Of a DNA stretch of 47,614 bases, positions 1 to 6,765 are shown one piece after another. The position numbers and the translations under genes were made by a program. The first letter of the stretch is position 1. Every line of letters starts with the position of its first letter. The DNA lies in IMG/VR virus record IMGVR_UViG_3300016667_000636, positions 1 through 47,614 of that record; one strand, written 5' to 3'. The notes below the pieces were generated by a model, which saw only the letters and a program-made list of their open reading frames with translations, made no database searches and was not told the origin of the DNA. This DNA comes from a virus. Its lineage: Duplodnaviria; Caudoviricetes.

Positions 1-263
1 GTGCCGGCAGCCAGCGGCAGCAAGTTTTTCCAGCGGTCGGAATTGCGCAGGTCGTCGGGCATCGCGTCTTGGACTCTGATGATCCATTTGCCGATCACCT
101 TGGACATGCAGGACGGGATCTTGTCCGTCAGCCGGCCCGTCAGGGCCAGATTGATAGCGGCGATCGAACAGGCGCTCTCCTCGGTGCCCAGACCTGCCGG
201 CAAATACATGCCGTGCAGCCGCTGGTGGATCAGGAAAATCTCGTCGTCAGTTAGCGTGCTCAT
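1..263 (-). CDS. hypothetical phage protein, partial (runs off left edge)
   Basis: Not in the ORF track. Read manually: ATG at 263 (ATGA overlap with upstream stop) gives MSTLTDDEIFLIHQRLHGMYLPAGLGTEESACSIAAINLALTGRLTDKIPSCMSKVIGKWIIRVQDAMPDDLRNSDRWKNLLPLAAG..., open to base 1. Confidence 0.75.
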   Translation of the reverse strand, partial: MSTLTDDEIFLIHQRLHGMYLPAGLGTEESACSIAAINLALTGRLTDKIPSCMSKVIGKWIIRVQDAMPDDLRNSDRWKNLLPLAAG

Positions 264-454
264 TTCTCCCCCTTTCGCCGGTTTCCGCACGAATAGTCGC
301 ACCGCTTGCATGGGCACTTGTCCTCCGACTCTGCGAGCCGTTCTTCGGCCAGCGCATCGCGCAGCGCCCAAATTGCTCCAATGGTCAGCGGGCTATAGCC
401 GTGCAGCTCAAACGCTGCAACAGCGGCCTGCGCCGCATCTCGCACTTTGCTCAT
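260..454 (-). CDS. hypothetical protein with C-terminal CxCxxCxxxC cysteine cluster
   Basis: 64 aa, ATGA-coupled to both neighbours. Confidence 0.65.
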   Translation of the reverse strand: MSKVRDAAQAAVAAFELHGYSPLTIGAIWALRDALAEERLAESEDKCPCKRCDYSCGNRRKGEK

Positions 455-825
455 TTTTTTTGCTCCCCGAATGGATAGGCGTTCAACGCCGGATTGATCA
501 GATCATTGCGTGACTTGCCGTACTCATACGGGCCTGACATTTTTTGTTTGCACGCAGCGCCGCTGGCGCTCTCTGCGGCCAGCGCGGCGTAGGCTACGTC
601 GTCGATGTAGTCGTCCTCTCTATATGTGCCTTGCGCCCCCCGCGCTTTTTTGAGGATGGACATAAACTGCCAGCCCTCGGTCTCTGTCAGCGAGTGTCCG
701 TACAGCGAGTTGAAAGCGGCAACCGCGCGTGCCATCGAGCGTTCCCCGGTTGGGGTGTCTCTGCTGGCCGCGCGGTCTCGCATCTGCGCCTGCGCTTCGG
801 CAAGATATTTTTCTGCGTTACTCAT
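451..825 (-). CDS. DUF6378-like phage protein
   Basis: ERSMARAVAAFN...EGWQFMSILKKAR...DDYIDDVAYAAL motif; start moved to MSNAEK (825) behind a GAGGAG RBS. Confidence 0.7.
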   Translation of the reverse strand: MSNAEKYLAEAQAQMRDRAASRDTPTGERSMARAVAAFNSLYGHSLTETEGWQFMSILKKARGAQGTYREDDYIDDVAYAALAAESASGAACKQKMSGPYEYGKSRNDLINPALNAYPFGEQKK

Positions 826-1003
826 CGTCGTCAGTCTCCTCAATTGGTTTTGTTGCTACTGGTTGCGGGCCGTCGAGGTTCAGCCGCACGCGCCATGCGC
901 GGCGCCGAAGGCCTCGCGACTCTAAGGAGTTTGCCTGTCTCATCGCGGCCCTGTGATCTGCCGGCGACGGGAAAAAAATTCGATATTGGTCTCCTCGCGA
1001 CAT
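818..1003 (-). CDS. small hypothetical protein (paralog of 4207..4431)
   Basis: MSRGDQYRIFFPSPADH...LESRGLRRRAWRVRLNLD; TGATG-coupled start at 1003. Confidence 0.65.
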   Translation of the reverse strand: MSRGDQYRIFFPSPADHRAAMRQANSLESRGLRRRAWRVRLNLDGPQPVATKPIEETDDDE

Positions 1004-1194
1004 CAGGGGATCCTCGTAGGTTTTGGTTGGCAGTATCCATCGCAGGCCTTGCAGACCGCGCGAACGCCGCTCGGCGCCGAGCTGTCCGGGTAGTAGGCGT
1101 CCGACCGCTTGCTCTCGCCACACTGGACGCACGCGCGAAAACCCATCGCCTGTGCAAGGCGACGGGATTCGCGGTGCCAGCCGGTCTCTTTCAC
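1003..1194 (-). CDS. small zinc-finger protein
   Basis: CVQC...CKAC; translationally coupled to neighbours. Confidence 0.65.
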   Translation of the reverse strand: MKETGWHRESRRLAQAMGFRACVQCGESKRSDAYYPDSSAPSGVRAVCKACDGYCQPKPTRIP

Positions 1195-1388
1195 CGGGCG
1201 TAGTGGACGGGTCGCTCGTAGCGGCCCTGCTCGTCACGGTAGACAGAGACCTGCCGGCCGTAGCGGCTGCCATCGGCCCATGTCCAGCGTCGGGTCTCCC
1301 CCTGCGCGATGGGGCTGCTGGAGCAGTCCCAAGAATCGAGCAGACCCTCGGACTCTAGCGCGGCGTTCAGAGTGGGGAAGTAGTTCAT
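1191..1388 (-). CDS. hypothetical protein
   Basis: 65 aa, ATGA overlaps at both ends. Confidence 0.65.
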   Translation of the reverse strand: MNYFPTLNAALESEGLLDSWDCSSSPIAQGETRRWTWADGSRYGRQVSVYRDEQGRYERPVHYAR

Positions 1389-1600
1389 TCGTCGTCCTCC
1401 TTGTCTTCTTCATCTTCAGCGTCGGCGTCGAACTCCATGAGGTCTGCAAACCTTGCCTCGCCCAGTTCCGCCGGCAGGATGTCAGCGCTGAGAATGTGCA
1501 GCACCAGTTCGCTAGCGCGGCTGCACTCCTCGGCCGTCAGGGCCGGGAGGGTCTTGGCCAGCTCGGCCTTGATCGCCTCGATCTTCTGTTCGTTGGTCAT
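1385..1600 (-). CDS. acidic hypothetical protein, first gene of leftward operon
   Basis: 71 aa, GGAG RBS, acidic tail DADAEDEEDKEDDE. Confidence 0.7.
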   Translation of the reverse strand: MTNEQKIEAIKAELAKTLPALTAEECSRASELVLHILSADILPAELGEARFADLMEFDADAEDEEDKEDDE

Positions 1601-1628
1601 GTCGCACTCCGCTTGTTAGTGAGCAGAT

Positions 1629-1657
1629 ATTTTAGGCTCTGATTCTTAGCTCTTCAA
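1629..1657 (-). promoter_or_regulatory. sigma70-like promoter, leftward
   Basis: TTGAAG-17 bp-TAAAAT on the minus strand upstream of 1600. Confidence 0.65.
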
Positions 1658-1693
1658 TAGTGTTCATGAAAAATAATTTTTTTCCGATAACAG

Positions 1694-1722
1694 TTGTACT
1701 GCTTAAAATAAGCATTTATAAT
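1694..1722 (+). promoter_or_regulatory. sigma70-like promoter with palindromic operator in the spacer
   Basis: TTGTAC-17 bp-TATAAT; spacer contains TGCTTA-AAA-TAAGCA (1700-1714); AT-rich upstream region. Confidence 0.7.
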
Positions 1723-1752
1723 TGGAACCTCATCAACAAGGAGCAACCGGCA

Positions 1753-2517
1753 ATGCCAAAATCTTCCTTCAACTCTAAAGCCCCGCATTGCATCGCGGGC
1801 AAAAACCGCTACTGCGGCCCGGCCGTGGTCGCGGTGCTGACCGGCACCGACACCGACGAGGCCGCTCGGCGCATCCGACAGGCTACCGGCCTGTCGGCGG
1901 TAAAGGGCACTTACGCCAACGAAATCGCGAAGACGCTGCACGCCAGCGGCTTGACGATGACTCGGCTGAGGGTTCCCGGCGTAAGCTGCATCGCCAAGGC
2001 CAGCATCACGCTGGCCGGCTGGGCTCGCTGCGAGGCGAGAGACAAAACGGCCGCGACCACCTATCTGGTTGCGGCCGGCAATCACTGGCTGGTGACCCGA
2101 GGCCGCAAGTATTTTTGCGGTCAAGTGCGGCAGTGGGTTCCGCTGACTCAAGCCCCGCACCGCCGGGCTCGGGTGACCGAGGTCTTCGCGATTGCTGGCA
2201 AAATGGCTACCAGCTACCCGACCCTTGGGGAGGTTGCCGAGAAGCTTGCTGCCAAGGCAACGCGCAAGGCCAGCAAGCCGCGCAAGCCCCGCCAGACGCT
2301 GGCGCAGCGTGCGGCGCTGTGGGGCATCGAGGTCGAGCGCATAAGCGCTTGGGAGGGCTACAACGTGTGGCCGCCGGAGGTCATCGCGGACGACGAAGAG
2401 TCCGACCCGAGCTACGGCGACCATTTCTGCGACGACGCTTTCTACGCTCGCAAGCTGGTTGACGCCTACATCACGCTGCTCCAGCAGATGGGCTACAGCG
2501 AGGGCCAGTTGGCCTAA
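1753..2517 (+). CDS. putative papain-fold (C39-like) cysteine peptidase domain protein
   Basis: Start MPKSSF behind AAGGAG; NRYCGPAVVAVL (Cys followed by helix) and YLVAAGNHWLV (His strand) match the C39-like catalytic pattern. Confidence 0.5.
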   Translation: MPKSSFNSKAPHCIAGKNRYCGPAVVAVLTGTDTDEAARRIRQATGLSAVKGTYANEIAKTLHASGLTMTRLRVPGVSCIAKASITLAGWARCEARDKTAATTYLVAAGNHWLVTRGRKYFCGQVRQWVPLTQAPHRRARVTEVFAIAGKMATSYPTLGEVAEKLAAKATRKASKPRKPRQTLAQRAALWGIEVERISAWEGYNVWPPEVIADDEESDPSYGDHFCDDAFYARKLVDAYITLLQQMGYSEGQLA

Positions 2518-2530
2518 CAGGGAGAGCAAC

Positions 2531-2806
2531 ATGCGTATAGCTGACATCAACCGCAGGGTGGCCAAGGCTGGCCACCCGGTCACGCTCCACAAAGGGACTG
2601 GCTACCTGTACCTAGTCTGGGACGACGGCCAGTATTTTTTTGAGCAATCGATCTACGTTTGCTACTTCAAGCAAATGCCACCGGCCTCGTGGCTCAAGGA
2701 AGCGCTTGACTTTGCTGAGCGCTGCGCAGAACAAATTCGCAAAGCCGCCAAGCCCCTGCCGCTGCTTCCGGCGGTGAGAAAACTTTCAACAAAAAGTGTT
2801 GACTAA
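2531..2806 (+). CDS. hypothetical protein
   Basis: MRIADINRR start behind a GGGAGAG RBS. Confidence 0.7.
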   Translation: MRIADINRRVAKAGHPVTLHKGTGYLYLVWDDGQYFFEQSIYVCYFKQMPPASWLKEALDFAERCAEQIRKAAKPLPLLPAVRKLSTKSVD

Positions 2807-2827
2807 AATAAGACCGGAAACTAAGAT
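2799..2827 (+). promoter_or_regulatory. sigma70-like promoter
   Basis: TTGACT-17 bp-TAAGAT upstream of 2856. Confidence 0.65.
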
Positions 2828-2855
2828 TTCCCCATCAACCAGCGAGGACTGACCG

Positions 2856-3797
2856 ATGACTAAAATCAGCTTTGACATCAACGACCCGTTCGCCGACCTC
2901 GTCAGCGACTTTGACGGGCTGCCAGCCATGCCGGCGCCCTTGGCGGTTGCGATCAGCGGCAACCCGCTGAACCAGACGTACTCGGTGAAAGCCTTCACCG
3001 AGGTCTGCTGGAAGTGCAGGGGAAGCGGGAAATGGATGGGGTATGGCGACTGCATGGGCGACCGCTCCTGCACCGCTTGCCAAGGCAAGGGCTACAAGGC
3101 CTTCAAGACCAGCCCGGAGGCCCGAGCCAAGGCTCGCGATGGCGCCGCTGCTCGCGCCGCCAAGGCCGCCCAGACTGCGGCTCAGAAGGAAGCCGCCAAC
3201 ATCGAGGCCTTCAAGGCCGCTAGGCCCGAGGTGTACGGCTGGATGACCAAGGCCGCTAGCACCGGCTTTGAGTTCGCCGAAAGCCTGCTTGGCAGCATCG
3301 CCAAGTGGGGCGACCTGACCGAGCGCCAGTTGGCCACCGCCGAGCGCCTGACGGCCGCGCAGGCTGAGCGTGACGCCGCTCGCGCTGCCAAGGCCGCCGA
3401 GGCCAAGGCTGCGGCTCCTGAGGTTAACGTCGGCCGTCTGGAGGCCGCCTTCGCCGCCGCCAAGGCGGCCAAGTTGAAGTGGCCGAAGATCACCATCGGC
3501 GACATCCGCATCAGCCCGGCCGGCGAGAACAGCAGCAATCGGGGCGCCCTGTACGTCAAAAACAAGGCGACCGACCTGTACCTCGGCAAGGTGCAGGGTG
3601 GGCAGTTCTTCGCCAGCCGAGACTGCTCGGCCTCGGCCAAGGACGAGGTCACCAAGCTGCTGAACGACCCGATGGCCTACGCGGAGGCCTACGGCAAACA
3701 GACTGGCCACTGCTGCATTTGCAGCCGCGAGCTGACCGACCCTCAATCGGTGGCTCGGGGCATTGGCCCCATCTGCGCCGACAAGTTCGGCTGGTAA
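2856..3797 (+). CDS. DUF6011-like zinc-binding protein
   Basis: N-terminal CWKCRGSG/CTACQGKG (DnaJ-type zinc repeats); C-terminal CCICSRELTDPQSVARGIGPIC typical of DUF6011. Confidence 0.75.
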   Translation: MTKISFDINDPFADLVSDFDGLPAMPAPLAVAISGNPLNQTYSVKAFTEVCWKCRGSGKWMGYGDCMGDRSCTACQGKGYKAFKTSPEARAKARDGAAARAAKAAQTAAQKEAANIEAFKAARPEVYGWMTKAASTGFEFAESLLGSIAKWGDLTERQLATAERLTAAQAERDAARAAKAAEAKAAAPEVNVGRLEAAFAAAKAAKLKWPKITIGDIRISPAGENSSNRGALYVKNKATDLYLGKVQGGQFFASRDCSASAKDEVTKLLNDPMAYAEAYGKQTGHCCICSRELTDPQSVARGIGPICADKFGW

Positions 3798-3803
3798 CTA
3801 ACC

Positions 3804-3827
3804 GAGGGGGCGGGCAGCCGTCCCCTC
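3804..3827 (+). terminator. GC-rich hairpin after the DUF6011 gene (weak terminator or RNA-stabilising stem)
   Basis: GAGGGGGCGG-GCAG-CCGTCCCCTC; no strong U tract. Confidence 0.4.
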
Positions 3828-3841
3828 AATCTGGAGAGATT

Positions 3842-4036
3842 ATGAGCGCAAAAATTATCAGGCTTCCGGCGCCCCTGACGGGCGACTTGATTGAGGTAGA
3901 CTCCGGCCAGTATTTTCTGGCCGAGTCTTTAGAAGAAAAGCGCCGAGCAGCATTGGCGCTGCTTGGAGAGCGGTGGCTGTTGCATTCGGCAAATTCGCCG
4001 AAAAAGGGGATCTACGATGGCTGGCCAAAAAAATAA
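3842..4036 (+). CDS. hypothetical protein
   Basis: MSAKIIRLP start behind GGAGAG. Confidence 0.6.
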   Translation: MSAKIIRLPAPLTGDLIEVDSGQYFLAESLEEKRRAALALLGERWLLHSANSPKKGIYDGWPKK

Positions 4037-4235
4037 ACTCGGCCTCAGCGAGGCCGAAATCAGGCTGAGCGAGGCTCAGTCAAATGCGAGCGAGGTCATC
4101 GACAACGGCCTGTATCTGGCCTTTCGCCTGCGCGGTGTCCGAGTCGAAATCGATGGCCCGGCGCAGTTTGCGCTGTCGCTGGCAGCGGCGGTTTGCAGAG
4201 AGGCGCATGAGCGCACATCACAAGACAACGGATAA
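4017..4235 (+). CDS. hypothetical protein
   Basis: MAGQKNK start behind AGGGGA. Confidence 0.55.
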   Translation: MAGQKNKLGLSEAEIRLSEAQSNASEVIDNGLYLAFRLRGVRVEIDGPAQFALSLAAAVCREAHERTSQDNG

Positions 4236-4431
4236 GGGGGTCGGCCGGCGGCTTGCGCCGGTCAAGGCTGACCCGCACGCCGGCCCGCAGGGCGGTGATG
4301 CAACTTTTAGGTATTACTTCGACTCGCCAGAGGAGTATCTGGCGGCGATGAAACTGGCGGCCTCGCTTGAGGCCAGAGGATTGCCCCGCCGAGCGTGGCG
4401 GGTGCGGCTTAATTTAGACAAAGCGAGGTAA
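4207..4431 (+). CDS. small hypothetical protein (paralog of 818..1003)
   Basis: MSAHHK start behind GAGG; C-terminal LEARGLPRRAWRVRLNLD. Confidence 0.65.
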   Translation: MSAHHKTTDKGVGRRLAPVKADPHAGPQGGDATFRYYFDSPEEYLAAMKLAASLEARGLPRRAWRVRLNLDKAR

Positions 4432-4435
4432 GGCA

Positions 4436-4648
4436 GTGGAACCGAAAAAAACCCGCAATCGGGTTCGCAAAATTTTTGTCGCCGAGGTCAACGGCGAGAC
4501 CTACTACATAGAGTCGGAGTCTCGCGTGAAGGCGCTGCGGTTTGCGATTGAGCAGCAAGGCCTCATCAAGGTTCGTCCAGCGACCACCGCCGACATGACT
4601 ACGATCACCAACGCCGTGGCCAACGGCGCCGAGGTGCGCAAGCTTTAG
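4436..4648 (+). CDS. hypothetical protein
   Basis: GTG start behind GAGG; stop overlaps the stop of the convergent late gene. Confidence 0.6.
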   Translation: MEPKKTRNRVRKIFVAEVNGETYYIESESRVKALRFAIEQQGLIKVRPATTADMTTITNAVANGAEVRKL

Positions 4649-6765
4649 GGAACGGACTTGAGCGCGGTGTCCGTCTTGTCAGACGGGCGCTGCTGCTGGT
4701 CGAGCATGCTCTGGTAGTAGTCAAAAACCTCGGGCTTGAGCGCAGGCTCAAGCTGGGCGATTGAGAGCACGCGAGACAATTGCTTGGGCCAAGCGTTTGG
4801 GTTGTTGCTTACAACATTTGCTGTTCTCGTCGCCCAGTCTAAAAATGCCTTGCTTTGGAGCAGCTTGCTCATGGTGCGCGACGAAATCGCGGCGCCGGCT
4901 GCCGGCAAGATCGAAGACCCGAAATCAAATCCCTCATCCTGCGAGTACCCGGCGCCGAATCCAGTCAGCCCGAGAATTACCGCAATAGTCTGCGTGTTCC
5001 CTGATGTGTTAGAAAAATTCCTTGCTTTCTGGCTTGACTTGACCCCTTGCGCGACCTTTACGATGTCGTTGAGGTACGGCTCAAGTTCCTTGTAGCGAGT
5101 CCCCGCGAACAGCGTTTTTTTCGCCGCATCGCTGAGCGTAGCCCAGTTAGTGATGAATCGAGCCGGAGAGAACTGGTCAACTGTTTCGTTAAGGGCGACG
5201 CCCTCCATATTCATGTTCAGCGGCGTGCCGAGGCGTTGAAAGACCGAGCCTGCTACCGTGTCCCACTCGTCTGCCTTAAGGTTCCGCTTCAGCGCAGCGA
5301 GGCGTCCTGCGCCCTCCTTGGTGCCCTCCATGATGTAACCGAGGATTCTCTCATCAAGGTTTTTCCGCTCGATCTGAGCCAGAATTGGCAAGTTCACAGC
5401 ATTGTTGAAGCGAGTGTATCTGTCGTGCAGCCTTAGCTTGTAGAGCGCATCAGGGCCGAAATCTTTTGCAGCATCGTAAATATCGGAGCGCACGGCATCT
5501 AAAATCTTTGCTGCGTTTCGCGTTGCGCTGTCAGTCCATCCGGCAGTCGTGGCCTGCGGATTGTGGATGTCTGCAAAAAGACCCGTTCGGAGTTTTCGCA
5601 AAACGTCCAAGGGCACATATCCGCTCTTCCCCGAGTCTTGAATGACCCGGTCAAGAATTTCCATCGCCTTGCCATAATTCGCAGATTCGGTGCGAGGCGC
5701 TTTCGCAATCTGAGCCATCCACTGGCGCTTGAGGTTGATCAGATTGTCGATTGGAATTGCGGTGTCTCGACCAATCAGATTGGTAAAGTCATCGTCAAGC
5801 CGTTCGCGCTGCCGGAGAAATCTGGTGCTGGCCTCGCCGGCCTTCTCCCGCAAAAATCCACCGACTTCTCCAGCCTCGGACAAGACCGGCTTGCCGCCGG
5901 AAAATCGACTAGCCAGCTCAGAGGCTTTGGATTGCAGTCCGGCGACCATTTCCTCGGCGCGATTAACAACCGGCGCTCTTCCAAACGGCATTTGAGACAG
6001 GCCGGATTCAATCGCCTCAATCGTCGGGTTCCGGGTTGCAACGCTAGCGGTCAGCGGGATCCCAAGCCGATTAGCTGCTGCATAAACCTCTCGGCCAGCA
6101 TCGCCGAGCTTGCCGCCGACGTAGCGCTTGCTGGCCTCAAAAACAGGCAGGCCATATTTTTCTAACAGGCCGCCAAAGCCCTGCCCCGCCATGTTGGCCG
6201 CAAGCGAGCCAGTGGTGTCCATCATCTGTTCCCAGTCAGACCGGCTGTCGGTCGTGCCAAGCGCCTTTCCGGCGGCGTAATCGTAAAGACGCCTAGCCAG
6301 TGCGCCACCAGCGCCAGCGCCAAGTATCGGGCCACCAAACGGTGCGCCGGGCACTCCTGCCGCAGCGCCCATGCCAGCGCCAATTGTTTCTGCGATCTCA
6401 GGCCCAACGCTAGCAATGTCGCCAGCGGTCGGCACCGGAATGCCAAGGATTTTTGTGTTTTCCTCGTTGTACAGCCGGCGCCTGTTAGTGCCGGGGTCAG
6501 TGATCACAAAATTTTCGTCGCCATAGGGCTCGGCGTCAGGGTAAAACTGCTGGAGCGTTTTCAGCCGGTCAATCGGATTGGATGCAACGCCAACAGCCGC
6601 CCGCACGCCGACCGGCGCCCCGAGCGATTTGATGGGCTCGGGCTTGCCGTATTCTCGCTGGAGAGCCTTGGCAATTTCTTCATCAGACATGGTCGCGGGG
6701 AAGTCGTGCGGCTTCCCATCAATCATGATTCTCTGGTAGCCCTTCGGGGCGTCATTATTTGCCAC
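4645..6765 (-). CDS. internal virion / DNA-ejection protein
   Basis: ~706 aa from GTG at 6765 (GGGAGG RBS); last gene of the structural operon; helical, with Gly/Ala-rich membrane-like segments. Confidence 0.65.
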   Translation of the reverse strand: MANNDAPKGYQRIMIDGKPHDFPATMSDEEIAKALQREYGKPEPIKSLGAPVGVRAAVGVASNPIDRLKTLQQFYPDAEPYGDENFVITDPGTNRRRLYNEENTKILGIPVPTAGDIASVGPEIAETIGAGMGAAAGVPGAPFGGPILGAGAGGALARRLYDYAAGKALGTTDSRSDWEQMMDTTGSLAANMAGQGFGGLLEKYGLPVFEASKRYVGGKLGDAGREVYAAANRLGIPLTASVATRNPTIEAIESGLSQMPFGRAPVVNRAEEMVAGLQSKASELASRFSGGKPVLSEAGEVGGFLREKAGEASTRFLRQRERLDDDFTNLIGRDTAIPIDNLINLKRQWMAQIAKAPRTESANYGKAMEILDRVIQDSGKSGYVPLDVLRKLRTGLFADIHNPQATTAGWTDSATRNAAKILDAVRSDIYDAAKDFGPDALYKLRLHDRYTRFNNAVNLPILAQIERKNLDERILGYIMEGTKEGAGRLAALKRNLKADEWDTVAGSVFQRLGTPLNMNMEGVALNETVDQFSPARFITNWATLSDAAKKTLFAGTRYKELEPYLNDIVKVAQGVKSSQKARNFSNTSGNTQTIAVILGLTGFGAGYSQDEGFDFGSSILPAAGAAISSRTMSKLLQSKAFLDWATRTANVVSNNPNAWPKQLSRVLSIAQLEPALKPEVFDYYQSMLDQQQRPSDKTDTALKSVP

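Noticed and set aside
1-513. Plus-strand 170-aa and 61-aa ORFs at the left edge
   Set aside because: Antisense shadows of a translationally coupled minus-strand operon; no RBS or recognisable motifs
1654-3746. Long minus-strand ORFs (312 aa and 303 aa)
   Set aside because: Shadow frames of high-GC3 plus-strand genes that have promoters, RBSs and motifs
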